A DNA stretch of 64,000 bases from assembly GCA_951406725.2 (NCBI GenBank), contig OX597832.1, forward strand, positions 31,682,001 through 31,746,000, read 5' to 3'. Positions 15,757-30,222 of the stretch are shown one piece after another. The position numbers and the translations under genes were made by a program. The notes under the pieces are model-generated. The model was not told the origin of the DNA. It saw nothing but the letters and a program-made list of their open reading frames with translations, and did no database searches. The stretch comes from Octopus vulgaris. Lineage: Eukaryota. Each line of letters begins with the position of its first letter. Within the stretch, counting starts at the first letter, position 1.

Positions 15757-15928
15757 AAATCGACAAAACCCGTTAGAATAACATTTCTGCAATGCATCTT
15801 CTCGTTTCGTTGAAAGAAAAGCGGCAAAACGAAGAGAATATCTACATTTTCATAGGAAATAAAAAATGAAATCACAGATGGCAGAAAGAAACGAACACGC
15901 AATAGAATGAGAAAAGTACACACACGCG

Positions 15929-15997
<69 letters not shown>

Positions 15998-16171
15998 ACA
16001 CACATACACACATACCCAAATGCACACACACACACAAACACGAACACACACACAAACACACATTATGTGAAGTATAATCATATATGCATGTGGGTGTGTG
16101 CTTTCGTTGATAGAGAGTGTCAACTCTGTGTAGAAGCATATACATACATACACACACACAATATATATATA

Positions 16172-16227
<56 letters not shown>

Positions 16228-16637
16228 GCATATGCCTGTGTGTAAATGTATATAAATGTAAATATATGAGTGTGTGTGTGTGTGTGTATGGGTATATATG
16301 GATACATGTGTGTGTATGTATAAAGTTAGAGAGTGTTGAAACTAAACCATACAAGAATTCTGCATCTACAAATTGAATCTTTGTCAAATGTAATAACTTC
16401 CAGAGATCAGGCAAGACTCGGGCAAGCAGGCAGACAGGCAGAGAGACAGACACACACGCACACACGCACACACGCACACACGCACACACGCACACACTCA
16501 TTTGTATAATATAACTTCGATACCTGCGTAAGTAAATATGCGATTACGGCTATATGTGTGTGTATGTGCGTGTATGTGCGTGTGTGCATATGCATATATA
16601 CATGTCTGTGTATATATTTATATAATATATTTATATA

Positions 16638-16691
<54 letters not shown>

Positions 16692-16797
16692 GTAAAACAT
16701 GTTAATTCACGTATACTTGCATATCTGTTTATCTATACATATGTATATATATATATATATATATACATACATACACACATACACAATATATATATAC

Positions 16798-16923
<126 letters not shown>

Positions 16924-17317
16924 ATGTATATATATATATATATATACACATGTATAGATAAACAGATATGCAAGTATATGCTGAATTAACACTGAACTTC
17001 ATGTTTTACACGAAGACAATTATCCGTAAACGCACCAAAAACCCCTCCACCTATTCGCACAACCATATATAAATACATTCACCCACGCGCGCGCACATAC
17101 ACACTCACAGACACCCGCGTACACACACGCACAGCCTCATACTCACTCACTCACATTCATTGGAATACATGTCGTATAATAGAGTTGTCTTGCAGAGAAA
17201 TAAGACGAAATGTCAAAATATATATTTTCTGAATATAGGGATTATGTTCATCGTGACCTTTACGTAGGTTCTCCTCCACCCCTGCCCTCTCTCCCTCCCC
17301 TGAACAAATATAGACAT

Positions 17318-17354
<37 letters not shown>

Positions 17355-17373
17355 CATACATATATATATATAA

Positions 17374-17416
<43 letters not shown>

Positions 17417-17745
17417 AGTGTGTGTGTGTGTGTGTACAGCTGTAACTCTCTAACATGCGAAATATCGATTTTAATGGACTAAACATTCGAAATTCCACGA
17501 ATATATTCTGGTATATTGTCAAGCAGCAGTTTACCAGTGTGCTCAATAATTTCCTATGACAACTAAATTAGAGCTGCATTCATGTAACATACAACGACAA
17601 AAACAGGCAAAATACAAAATATGTCTACCTAGAAGTCGTATATATGAAAACTGTACACCTTAGCAAATAGATATGTGTATATTTTACACATACACATATA
17701 TATATATATATGTGTGTGTGTGTGTATGCATATACATACATGCAT

Positions 17746-17798
<53 letters not shown>

Positions 17799-17802
<4 letters not shown>

Positions 17803-18015
17803 ATCCAAACATGAAAAGACAAAGAGAAAACATGACAACACGAGGACGTGGAACAACTACAGTATTATTGGACGTTCAGGAAGGAAGGGAAGAAGGAGGG
17901 TTTTACGTTTCGAGCGGAGCTCTTCGTCGGAAACATAGGAGAAGGAAAGATCCAGAGAAGGGAAGACAGAGGGAAAAAAATCGCCAACGGTACACACGCG
18001 GTCACATTTTGAATG
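17799..18015 (-). mobile_element. Family H1 hammerhead element, 5'-truncated, in (TA)n
   Basis: Homologous to about 1860-2050; TA-rich repeats on both sides. Confidence 0.75.
17900..17934 (-). ncRNA. Minimal type I hammerhead ribozyme (CCGACGA variant)
   Basis: GTTT-CCGACGA-A-GAGC-TCC-GCTC-GAAA-CG-TA-AAAC; all helices pair, GUA triplet. Confidence 0.8.
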
Positions 18016-18018
18016 AAT

Positions 18019-18065
<47 letters not shown>

Positions 18066-18110
18066 TTTGAATATATATATATGCATATATATGTCTGTGT
18101 GTGTATGCAT

Positions 18111-18204
<94 letters not shown>

Positions 18205-18229
18205 GTTTTTAATGTTTGACTCATCTCTC

Positions 18230-18930
18230 TGTTGTTTAAAGCTTCCTGAGGTAAAATATCCGTCTACATCCTCGGTTGTACACTGGTCAGTTAAACAGAC
18301 CTTATAATAACTTCAAAAGACGCTCCTAGTGAGAACGTTTGAGCAACCATTGCTCAGTTGATGTCGTATAATTTACCTTAGCAAAACAGCGACACCAGTT
18401 GATTCCATATATACTCCACGTAGCAGGAGAGACATCAAACTGGTTGGTACACTTTTAGGCCTTAACTCTCCAGTGACGTCACTTACTGAACACGTGGCAA
18501 AGTAACTAGTTTGATTTTTGTGTGCTTGGTGACAGAATATTTTTTGTCAAGCATTGGGTGCAGGATGTAATTCTAGTCGTTGATATTTGTTCAAGGAAAG
18601 AACATGATCACATTCCACTGTTCAACACAATGAAAACTGCTAGCTGAGCGCCACAGCACAGCTTGTAACTACGAAAATTACGCCAAATAAGCATTGGGAG
18701 TATCTTGCCCCTAAAAGCGATAGTCTGTAGCACTTCCTTATTTGAGGGGACACGTGACATTGTAGCCAATCATTTTAAAGGAAGTTTTATGCAAAATAAG
18801 CATAACTTTAGGATTTCAGCAGAAAATACTCCACCCGTTCCTCCCACTTTATCTGGAGATTCCGGAACCAAGGAAATGAACTCACGAACGTTACATAGTG
18901 CCTTTGATATGGCACTTTCTTGATCACTTG
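18230..18930 (-). pseudogene. Possible highly degraded hAT (Charlie/Buster-like) transposase fragment
   Basis: Scattered minus-strand motifs in the expected order: [44 protein letters not shown]; many stops and frameshifts. Confidence 0.35.
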
Positions 18931-19045
18931 TAGATTGTTACTACTAAAACTGCATCCGTGAGAAATTGCATAGATTTATTGTAGTTTTCAATCACGATAA
19001 ATTCCTATAAATGCATATCTAATTATCTATCTATCTACCTATCTG

Positions 19046-19108
<63 letters not shown>

Positions 19109-19109
19109 G

Positions 19110-19180
<71 letters not shown>

Positions 19181-19199
19181 GTCTCTCTATACATACACT

Positions 19200-19253
<54 letters not shown>

Positions 19254-19258
<5 letters not shown>

Positions 19259-20117
19259 TATATAATTAGGGCTTAGTAAAATAAATTACTTTGCCACATA
19301 CTGAACTAAGTAGAAATAGCAGCCAAAAAAAATTTTTTTAGCCATTTCCACTACTTAAAGAAAATTTCTCTCAGATAATGTTTACTCCAGACAGCTCACG
19401 AAGGTTTGGAGGTAAATACAGAAAAATATCACAAGTACATAGATCGTTTGAGTACGTCAACGTTTCAAGAGTACGTCAACAATTCGCCTTAAATGGTCCT
19501 TTTACATACTGAACACTTGGTGAAATTGATTAATCAATTTTATCCTCAATTGTTGATATTATAATTCATTTCTCTCTATCATACTGCCTTGGTTCTCGCG
19601 GTTAAAATATAATGTTTGCTAGATAGACCACGTGGGTGGAAAAGGAGTGCAGAAATTTACGCCTGCGCATTTTGAATTTGTTGGCACTTCAGTTGGAGCT
19701 GGTTCATTTGAAGCGACAAGTTCGCCGAGAGGTAAAGTTCCTTCTTTTTAGTGTTTCCAAATCCAAATTAAGAAATTTTGAGCTGACGAAAGAAATGCTG
19801 ATTTTATTTGGCTAATCTTGAAACGTTGACGTACTCAAACGATCTATGTACTTGATATTTTTCTGTATTTACCTCCAAACCTTCGTGAGCTGTCTGGAGT
19901 AAACATTATCTGAGAGAAATTTTCTTTAAGTAGTGGAAATGGCTAAAAAAATTTTTTTGGGCTGCTATTTCTACTTAGTTCAGTATGTGGCAAAGTAATT
20001 TATTTTACTAAGCCCTAATTATATAATGTAATATTTTGAATTCGCCTTAAATGGTCCTATTACATACTGAACACTTGGTGAAATTGATTAATTAATTTTA
20101 CCCTCAATTGTTGATAT
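19254..20117 (+). mobile_element. Penelope-like/retrozyme element family H3: inverted arm + 558-bp unit + 79-bp terminal redundancy, in (TA)n
   Basis: 19254-19470 is a near-perfect inverted copy of 19816-20030; 19481-19559 is directly repeated at 20039-20117; hammerhead at 19777-19839. Confidence 0.85.
19777..19839 (+). ncRNA. Type I hammerhead ribozyme, canonical core
   Basis: TTTGAG-CTGACGA-AAGA-(22 nt)-TCTT-GAAA-CGT-TG-ACG-TA-CTCAAA; 6-bp helix I, GUA triplet. Confidence 0.85.
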
Positions 20118-20205
20118 ATATATATATATATACACATATATACCCATACAAATATATTACCTAAATATATGTTTGAGTATACATACAAACATACATACAC
20201 ACGTA

Positions 20206-20288
20206 CCCAAGGTTCCGCGCTGTGGGACTGAACCCGGAATCATGTGGTTGGGAAGCAGCTTCTTACCACACAGCCACTCCTGCACCTA
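20206..20288 (-). mobile_element. SINE family B head fragment
   Basis: Minus strand GGTGCAGGAGTGGCTGTGTGGTAAGAAGCTGCTTCCCAACCACATGATTCCGGGTTCAGTCCCA. Confidence 0.8.
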
Positions 20289-20456
20289 CACACATACTCA
20301 CACATATGGTTATATACACAAGCATATACCTATATGTATCTACACACACACACACACACACAAAAAACTACTAATGCATATATGTATATACGTTGAAGGG
20401 AAGTCAAGCACGGATTAAGAATCTTCATCCTGATTGGCTACTGCCTGTTGTTGTCT

Positions 20457-20526
<70 letters not shown>

Positions 20527-20938
20527 CAGCAGTAGTAGTTGTGGCAGCAGTAGCAGTAGTAGTAGATCTTTTTGTTGTTGTTTCCGAAGACTGTAATGAG
20601 CCAGCGATATCAGGGTAACGTGCCCCTTGCTAGGGATTTCAGGCATTCCACCTGTATAAACGCGAGATTAACAAACCTGTATGAACAGGAGATTAACAAA
20701 GCTGCTGGAATAGCAGATTAATTGAAGATTCTTGCGGATTTTTAGAAATAATGATTCGGCATCTCTTGTGTGTTTGTGTGTTTGAGTGTGTGTGTGTATG
20801 TTTGTGTGTTTGAGTGTGTTTGAGTGTGTGTGCGTGGGCGCACGTTTAGCGATTATTTCACAACTGTATTTATGAATGAAATACACCGTAGGACGTCCGT
20901 TTTGAACGTTTCTATCTATCTTTCTATCTATCTATCTA

Positions 20939-20969
<31 letters not shown>

Positions 20970-21132
20970 GTCCATCTATCTATCTCTTTATCTCTCTCCT
21001 TAAACATACATACACACACACATACACACATGCAAAGGCACATACGCACAAATATATATATGTATGTATATTTAAAGTTATATACATACTCATACGCGCA
21101 CGCACCTATACAAATACACGCACAACGCACAA

Positions 21133-21174
<42 letters not shown>

Positions 21175-21539
21175 GAAATAGTAAAGTACAGAGACACTGG
21201 TGCATACTCACACGCACCCACGGACGCGCATACTCACACGCACCCACGGACACACATACCACTCACACACCTGTAGCCTCTCATGCACACACCTCCGTAT
21301 CCGGACTATTCCTACAGTAATTGTGGTCTTCCAAACAGTAATTGCACAGCTCTCCGCACATGTTCAGCGTTGTCTTCGCACCTCCCCATAAATGATGGCT
21401 ACCTACGATACAGTGTCACGAAATTATTGGCTAAATTTGTACAAAACACATGCTACTAATACCTATTACATAAAATATAGAATTCTCTCAAAACCTATAC
21501 ACACACACACACATGTATACATACATATATAAATAAATA

Positions 21540-21583
<44 letters not shown>

Positions 21584-21627
21584 TTATATACTTACATAAA
21601 TATATATGTGTATATTTAATATATATA

Positions 21628-21783
21628 GGCGCATAAGTGGCTGTGCGGTACGAAGCTGCTTCCCAACCACAAGGTTCCAGGTTCGGTCCCACTGCGTGGC
21701 ACCTTGAGTAAGTGTTTTATGCTATATATTTGGGCCGACCAAAGCCCTGTGAGTGGATTTGCTAGACGGAAACTGAAAGAAGC
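21628..21783 (+). mobile_element. SINE family B, 5' half
   Basis: A box GTGGCTGTGCGG, B box GGTTCGGTCCC, body ..GTGGATTTGCTAGACGGAAACTGAAAGAAGC as in other copies. Confidence 0.85.
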
Positions 21784-22935
21784 TTACGAGTGGTTTCAAC
21801 GCTTTAGGAATGGTCACTTGTCGCTTGAAGACCAATCTCGTTCAGAAACACCGTCGACCTTCCGACCGAATGCAAACATCATGAAAGTTCATAAACTGAT
21901 CTCAGAGAACCGTCAGAGAACAATTGACGAAAATGTTGATATGAGTGGTGGGTCCTGAATTTTGAGCGACGAATTGCGAATGAAAAGAGTTGGAGCAAAC
22001 TTTGTGCCCCGCTTGCTCACGGAAGATCAAAAGCAGTCACGGCTGAATGCATGTCATGAACTGAAAGAACAGCTAGAAGCTGATCTGGACCTTTTTTCGA
22101 AGGTCATCTCTGGTGATGAAAGCTAGTGCTACGGAATTTGTCGACGTCGGAGAGCTGAAGAAAAAAAAAAAAAAAAACGACGGAGGCGTTAAAAGGCATC
22201 GCTTTACAAGAGTTCTAGGACTGCTTCGAACAGTGGAAAACGCGCCTGGACCGATGCGTTGCTTCAACTGGAGAATACTTTAAAGACGATAAAAGTGTAA
22301 ACACGTTAAACTACGTAATTAAAATTTTGGGTTGTCCGGAAAGTTCGTGCCGATTTATAGTAGCTTACGTTTCGACTTATTCTAGAACATGGTTGAGTTC
22401 ATAAAATAGGATTTTACAACACCTCCATTTAGAGCACAGTTTAAGCTATCTTTTCGTGGAAGAAGGTTTATGTTCCTATGACCTGTGTTAATTCTGTAAC
22501 CCTTTAAAATGGAAGATAAGAAAGTTCATTTTAGGCTCTTGATGCTTTGGTAACCAGACAAAAATTGCTGCAGCTCGGCTGGGATGTGTTACCCCACCCT
22601 CCATATTTACCAGATATTGTTCCTTCGTATTTCCACTTATTGAGGTCTCTGCAGAATAGTCTTAATGGTAAAAATTTCAATTCCTTGGATGACATAAAAA
22701 GATACCTTGATGAATTCTTTGCCATGACACCACCTCAATTCTGGGAAGAGGTTATTTTCAAGTTAAAGGAAAGATGGAGACGCATTATGCAACAAAATGG
22801 TTCATATTTGGTTGATTAAAAATGTAATGGCAAGTATTTAATGACCTTTTTTCTTTCCTTTAAAAATCTGCACGATCTTTCCGGACATCCCAATAATATT
22901 GCAAGATTCTGGTTTCTTTGGGATACAACCTCGTA
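21784..22935 (+). mobile_element. Mariner transposon remnant 1 (5'-truncated, internally deleted), interrupted by mariner 2
   Basis: YEWFQRFRNG..SLED..RS..PST; FVPRLLTEDQK; KVISGDES*CY; CFEQWKTRLDRCVASTGEYF; probable right end ..GGATACAACCTCG-TA at 22921-22935. Confidence 0.85.
22327..22893 (+). mobile_element. Mariner 2 (mellifera-like), internally deleted, both TIRs present
   Basis: 30-bp TIRs TTGGGTTGTCCGGAAAGTTCGTGCCGATTT / AAATCTGCACGATCTTTCCGGACATCCCAA + TA; MEDKKVHFR (ATG 22509) joined out of frame to TRQKLLQLGWDVLPHPPYLPDIVPSYFHLLRSLQNSL..QNGSYLVD. Confidence 0.92.
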
Positions 22936-23516
22936 TATATTTATGTATGCGTGTGTATACTAACAAATATAAATGTATTCACGTGTAAGTATATTTTAGT
23001 ACTTTGGAAACTGGTAAGTCTCTGGTATCATAAGATTCGTCAAAGAAGTTCCTTGTGAAAAATCGTCAGACGGCTTGGAAATTGGATAGATTCAAATTGC
23101 GTATAAATTAAAACGTGACTCGAAGACAGACGTACACATACTAACACGTCCACAGGCATATATATGGAAATGTCTATGTAAAAGTACACAGTTGTACACG
23201 TAACTGGATATACATGTGTGTGTATATATGTGTACATATTAGTATGTATATATATATATATTCATGTATGAATGTATACATGTGTGTATCTGTGTATTTG
23301 TGTATATATATGTCGCCTTAATATGACAAAGCATTAGGTCTGTGACGAAGTCTAATGGAATAATTTCTGGAATTCGAAATGGAGATTATCTTCACCTGAC
23401 AGAAGACAATGAAAGCTTTTAAATGACGCTTAAATGAAGACTAGAAACCAGCGGCATGGTCCGGCACTTGGTGTGTGTGTGTGTGTGTACTCGCTTGAGC
23501 GCACCTGTGTGTGTGT

Positions 23517-23557
<41 letters not shown>

Positions 23558-24306
23558 TGAGTGTGTGTACGCGTGTGGTTATATATACAATTAGTTGTGT
23601 ACGTATATGAGTTGTATTGGTGAATGCATGTACATGTATGCATGTATGCGTGTATGTGTATATGTATGTATGTATATATGTATGTATTCATGCATTTATG
23701 TATATATATGAAGCCTTCAAAAATTTATGCATACAAATATATATATATATGTATATATATATACGTATACACACATATATAATCATATGTACATAGTTAT
23801 TTATATATGTGTGAATGTGTGTGCATACTCGTTCGCGTCTGTATATGCACACGTACAGTCACAGATATATATAAATATATGCGTGTATGTGTGTTAATGT
23901 TTGTGTGTAAGTATACATAAGTATGCTTGTATGTATATATATTGGTATGTATGTGTGTATGTATGTATGCATGTATGTATGTATGTATGTATGTGTGTAT
24001 GTATGTGTATGCATGTATGTATGTGTGCATGTATGCATGTATGTATGTATGCATGTATGTATGTATGCATGTATGTATGTATGCATGTATGTATGTATGC
24101 ATGTAAGATATGAAGTCGTACTTTTACTTCAGCGTTTCAGGATCTTCCTTTAAACGTTTGTGCTTTAAGAGTGACATGTACTTTACATCTATATGAATAT
24201 TCCATTGTGAGTATATAAGTATATATATATATATATATACACGCACAGATAATATATACTTGTGTATGAGTGTACATATATACATATATATGTATATATA
24301 TATATA

Positions 24307-24367
<61 letters not shown>

Positions 24368-25127
24368 TATATACATGTATGTGTATATACACACAAGAAG
24401 GAAGTTTCTTCTTGCGTCGTTAATGCACAAGACTCGTAATGTTCGATGACTGGCGGGAAGAAGCGACAACAGCAACAGCAAGAAGAAGAAGGAAAACGAA
24501 TCATGACAATCGCAACTTTATTAAGAGAAGATTTAGAAGGAAACTAAATCATTTCTCGCCTCCTCCCGACAAAATAGATCAGTTTTCGCTTTCGAAGAGA
24601 GCTTTAGAAACGCAGCAATTAACACAATCCCACATATACACACAGACGCATATCTATGTATGTATGTATGTATGTATGTATGTATGTATGTATGTGTGTA
24701 TGTATTTATATATATACGCATATACATATGTATACATACATACACATATATCTGTATACATACATACATAAATACACATATATATATACCAAAGCACACA
24801 TGCACACACATAGACGGACATATATACATATGTACGTATATATATATGTATATATATAAAATATATATATATATACACTTATTCTATATATATATATATA
24901 TATTATATACATATGCATATACATATACATATATATATATATACATATGTGTGTATACCAAGGTGCGCGCGCACACGCCCCCATATGCTCCTATGTGGAT
25001 GTATAATGCGTATATATTGTTGGTGTATATTGCTGCAGAGAAGACGTTTGAAACGGTTTTAAGTTGAAGTGGTTGCAAATGTAATGGACGCAAATAGAAC
25101 ATCGAACACATCAAACCATTACAGTTC

Positions 25128-25454
25128 CATCATCATCATCATCGTCATCATCATCATCGTCATCATCATCATCGTTATCGTCGCCATCTTCTTCGGCGTC
25201 TTCATCACCCTCGTCGTTTTCGTCGTCGTCGTCGTCGTCGTCATCCTCATTTCCTCCACCCCCTCCCCTTCTCTTCCCCGTTGCCATCTTTCTCCTCTCT
25301 CGACCTCCTCCTTATCTTCTTAGTCGTCGTCGCCATGGTTTTTGTCACCATCATCGTCGTCGTAGTCGTCATAATCTTCCTCATTATTACCATCACCATT
25401 CACTTCGTTATCCTCCTCCTCCTCCTCCTCCTCATCATCATCATCATCATCATC

Positions 25455-25513
<59 letters not shown>

Positions 25514-25570
25514 TGTCATCATCATCATCATCACCACCACCACCATCATTATCATCACCATCACCAGCAC

Positions 25571-25668
<98 letters not shown>

Positions 25669-25685
25669 GCAGCATCATCAACATG
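25128..25685. repeat. Compound (CAT)n/(CGT)n/(CAC)n trinucleotide array
   Basis: Direct reading. Confidence 0.95.
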
Positions 25686-25829
25686 ACTATTATCGTTATC
25701 GTCGTCCTCTCCCTGTTCCCCTCCTCCTCATTATCCCCGTTCATAATTACCATGGTGTCCATCAGCCTAAGACTCACCCAGCTTCCAAGTTCTTCATTTT
25801 TCTCTTCTTCCTTTCTTCTAACTCTACGA

Positions 25830-25978
25830 CTCAGTGGTCAGGGCATCGAGTTCACAATCATGAAGTAGTGAGGGGTGGGGCAGCTGGTCTTCCACAAATA
25901 ACCTTGCCCGGACTTGTGCCTTGGAGGGGAACTTTCTAGGTTCAATCTCATGTCCCTTCATCACCGAAGGTGGGTTTT
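25830..25978 (+). mobile_element. Degenerate tRNA-derived SINE (family D) with internal deletion
   Basis: CTCAGTGGTCAGGGCATCGAGTTCACAATCATGAAGTAGTGAG head remnant plus tail ACCTTGCCCGGACTTGTGCC..ACCGAAGG; family recognised from memory only. Confidence 0.45.
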
Positions 25979-26205
25979 ATATAACATTAAATCTTTCCCG
26001 CTTTTCCTTTTGAACTTCGTCGCATTGGCAAACTTTCCCATGCCCTGAGTAGGTATGAGGATATCGATTAAGTAGTATATGAGTGATTTTATGATAATTT
26101 CGGTATTTGAATGACCGACATAGTTTGACGAAATCGTTGAAGCATGTCCCAGATACTTGGGTACGGAATGAACATATTTTAATACTCAGCGATTTATAGG
26201 AGTTC

Positions 26206-26271
<66 letters not shown>

Positions 26272-26899
26272 GAATCAAGTGGATGTTGTGGTGAAATGAA
26301 AAAGCTCCAAGTTTTTTTGCAGCGTTCAAATACTTCCCAAATTTAATTATTAGGAGAGCGAAAGTATTATGAAGTGGAATTTGGGAAGAAGAGGTGACTC
26401 AGGTATTGTTATAGTGGTGCTGGGAGTTGTGGAATATGGTAAAGAGAAAGAAATAGACGAATTGTTTTTTTCATAAAGGAAATGGTGTTTCTAGGAAGTC
26501 TTCCCAAACACATTAGTAAAGAGATAACAAAAGAGATAATAAAAGAGATAACAATAAACAGCAATAAACATGAAAAAAGAAAAGAAGAAACAATAATCGT
26601 TAAAGTGATGGACGGTAAACGGATCTCTGAAATGGCGGAAGGCAAAATGATTCCTCATTTCAGGGAGAACAAAAAATATCCCTCAAAGTGATATTGGAGA
26701 AATAGAACTCTGAAATGCTTGAGGAAAAATAATCCTTCAAATGTTCAAAGTGAAAAAGGCTCCTGAAATGATGAAGGACAAAAGGTTTCTTCATTTGAGG
26801 CAGGACAAGTTCTTGAAATGAAGAAGGAAAAGAAAGTATCCTTCAAGCGACGAAGGACAACCAGATAACATGGTGCTAGCAACCTCATTATTTTCTTAG

Positions 26900-27620
26900 A
26901 GAAAAGTGTCTTCCGCCAGTTCTTGCCACCAGTTTACACCTGCTCAGTTAATATTGGACGCTTTTAGCTACATCATCTTCACCTGCCTCACCCACGTCTC
27001 ATAAAATTTACTGGTGAGTCAGACTTTCCTCTCTATTTACGTCGTCTTCCTTCTCATGCTGCACCCGATAAAGTTAATGACTATTCCGTATAATGAAAGA
27101 CGCGCTATCTTAAATATTTCCACCACACTCACATTACAATTTCAGTTACCATGACAACCAGATGTAAGAGGAATTCCTGTTCTTTACTTGGTAAAGGTAG
27201 GTGGTCGTTCGAAATTCATGAGAGACTCGATTTCCGGATTAGTCCCGCACCTGGTACCACCTGTTAGTCATAGACCCTCAAATCAGCGATAGACATGCAT
27301 TGATCGAGTATGTGCCGGGTGGTTTCCTTACCCTCAGCACGTCGCCGACAAGTTTGGATGCTGACAGCTTTTGAAGGGCCCTAGCTTTTGAGTTGCTCCA
27401 GAACAGGCAAAGTCCCACTTTAACAATGTCAAGAGGAGAACTTTCGAAAATTGTCCACAACATGTGAACTGAAAGATGAGGCCCTTACGCTATCCCTGTC
27501 GACACCCATAGATCATCATCACTCACTCTGTACCGTTTCCTTTATAGAAGGATAAACCTGGCTTTCTCATGTTTACAGCGTCTAACAAACAAAACTCACA
27601 GAAAGCACCTGGCTGTATTA
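26900..27620 (-). mobile_element. Degraded Tx1/L1-like LINE C-terminal region
   Basis: TCRRRAEGKETTRHILDQCMSIADL (decayed CxxC..ETxxHxxxxC knuckle) followed by IESLMNFERPPTF..FLLHLVVM. Confidence 0.5.
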
Positions 27621-27899
27621 TGGTGCCATAAAATCTCACAAATAAGAGACGCGAAAGAATACGTTTCTATACTTGATATGTATATTACCGCCACTTGGAT
27701 CTAATCTCCCCAAAATGAAATTTTATCAATGTTGTGGTATAAAATTTGGGCAGGAACAACTTTGTGCTACATATAACATTGGATCCTCACAGACTAACTT
27801 AAGAAGTTACAGTCTAAAAGTCAATAAGATACCAGAAATTGAATTAGAATTCTAAAACCAAACAATGGAAGAAAACGCGCTGGGAATAAAATAAGAAGG

Positions 27900-29710
27900 A
27901 GAACAAACAACAACTACAAAGAAAAACCATTGAAAAGGTAAACCACGAAGATAAAATTAGATCATGCAACATGGGCAAAGAAGAAAGTAACAAGTTATAA
28001 GAAGAATAAAGTTTAGAACCTGTACAGAATACCGACCAAGCACCACAGAATCAGAGCAACACAAACAAACCATACGAGAAAAGAATACGATATTCTAAAG
28101 ATGGAAGCCATGAATATGACAATAATCTAAGCGGGAAAACAATTAAAGAAATTGAATGGTAGGCCTTACTACGGACAAGCAAAAGTAGGTCGCAAGGATA
28201 AGAACTTGACGTTAAAATAGTAACAACAATAAGAATACGCAACAGAAAAAGCGTACGTACACAAAAGCAGATACGTCCGTCAGTATCGCCAGGGAAACGA
28301 AATGATACATGCAACAGCCATCGTTGTTGGAAAGGAAAGTTGCAACAGTGTTAGATCTACACACATAGGGATATTAAAACAAAATCGATCTCTCAATCCT
28401 TATTGAAATCCACGATGAAAAGAGCCAATTGGAAAAGTTAAGAATAGACAAATACAACAAAAGTATAAAAATACAAGAATATAAATAAGTATCCGAAATC
28501 AAAGAACGTCAAAAGCGAAAGATCCTCGCAAGATTGCAAACACCAGTTTGCATGAAAAGCGACAAAGATTCTTTGAATAAAATAAAACTTTAGACTCCCC
28601 CCCCTCTCTCTCTCTATCTCTCACTCTCTCTATCTCTCTCGCTCTCTGAAACGATCTTATCAAGAACTGGGTAAAAATAAAATACAAATCAATGCAACAC
28701 CAACAGCCAAAGAACTGGAATTGTAGGGAGAAGTATGGCTGATGAAGGAATCGCAGCACGTAAGAGATTGTTTAAATCAACAAACACAGTCATTTGAACA
28801 ATCGCATGAGGCTATATCAACACAAGAAGAATCTAGTCTTGGCACTACTCAAAAGAAACCACTGGCAGGCACAAAGATAAATGATAAAAACCGAAATGTT
28901 TAGTTGAAATATTTAAGAAGCACACAAAGAATTTGAAAATGTATTTATTTTCATAGAAAAAGAAAGGAAAAAAACTACCCGAAACTGGAAACAACACCTG
29001 ACTGGTTCACTAACTTGAGAACCATTTTAATTATCAGTGAAATCTAAATAGGCGATAAACGCTAAATCTGAAAGCCCATAAAGTGCCATCCTACATGGCA
29101 GCGGTTTTATAACACAAAAGAAATATGAAGAAAATGTTTCGCGAAGAACGAAGGTGTGTTGCAAACAATCATATGAGTGTAAAGATTAGTTGCTGATCAA
29201 CAAAGCCATAAAATGAAAAGTGTTGAGGGAGGAAGAACAGTTTGAAAATAGCATGGTTCAGATTAGCAGATTAGTTTCCACAGAGTTCCATACCCGTGGA
29301 TCCAAGAGACATTAGCCCCAAGGAAAAGTGTATCTTTCTTGAGTATGGACAGTTTTTGTTTATGAGATTCTTTTGAGTAGAGAAGTAATTCTGAGAGGAA
29401 GATCTTTAATAGTTTCATAAGGGTTACGAAGACTTTTGGCGGATGGGTCATGGAGAATTTTGTTTATTTTTTTTTTTTTGGTCTGGTGCAAGTTATCCTC
29501 GGTATTAGTCTAAAACACGATTATCCTCGAATCACTAAAAATGCTATGGGAAAAAAAAGAAAAACCTTTCTGCAAATACAAAGAAGGGGGTTGATTATAT
29601 AATCTAAACCCAACCCCATCTCTCTTAGAAGCTGAATAAGACAAAGGGACACTGTCCCTCTCTAGTGTGACTTTTGTTTCACGCTAATCGTGTCCGCACT
29701 TAGATACGTT
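27900..29710 (+). mobile_element. Old, heavily degraded Dong/R4-like LINE RT region
   Basis: Ordered remnants: NHWQA, PDWFTNLRTILI, KD*LLINKAI, KIAWF..RVPYPWIQETL, IRQRDT..FCFTL (decayed QGD motif); 5' limit uncertain. Confidence 0.6.
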
Positions 29711-30051
29711 CAGCGTATCTGCACCGCTTTATGCTTCTGTTTGACAGTAAAAGCTTAAGACGTACAAGTGGAGACACAAATGTTATCTTTTGTATTTGGA
29801 CAACTTCGTGTTGGCCAATGAAAGTGATCAGCAACTAGAAACACTGCTACGTAAAGTGCTTTGGCTGGAGAAACCTCAGGGACAGAAGTATAGCAACGCA
29901 CTAAGTCGAATGACCAGACAATTGTGACCAATTTCCTCACTATCTGGACAGCAGAGTGATTCAGACCCCAACAGGGCAAAAAAGGCGCACACACACGCAC
30001 CAACATATTTTTTCAGGATTAAATAACAGACAACAAACGACAAACGTGTAT

Positions 30052-30135
<84 letters not shown>

Positions 30136-30166
30136 ATATAAATATGTGTGCGTGTATATATGTATG

Positions 30167-30222
<56 letters not shown>

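Noticed and set aside
20650-20699. 25-bp tandem duplication (and a 26-bp one near 21200-21252)
   Set aside because: Ordinary local slippage duplications
23000-23019. Possible 14-nt microexon ending CTG/GTAAGT
   Set aside because: Poor polypyrimidine tract; chance occurrence likely
25281-25868. Poly-Ile/Met hydrophobic ORFs (also 48436-48967)
   Set aside because: Trinucleotide arrays, not membrane proteins
27146-27159. Perfect X-box-like GTTACCATGACAAC
   Set aside because: Lies inside a decayed LINE coding remnant; no promoter context
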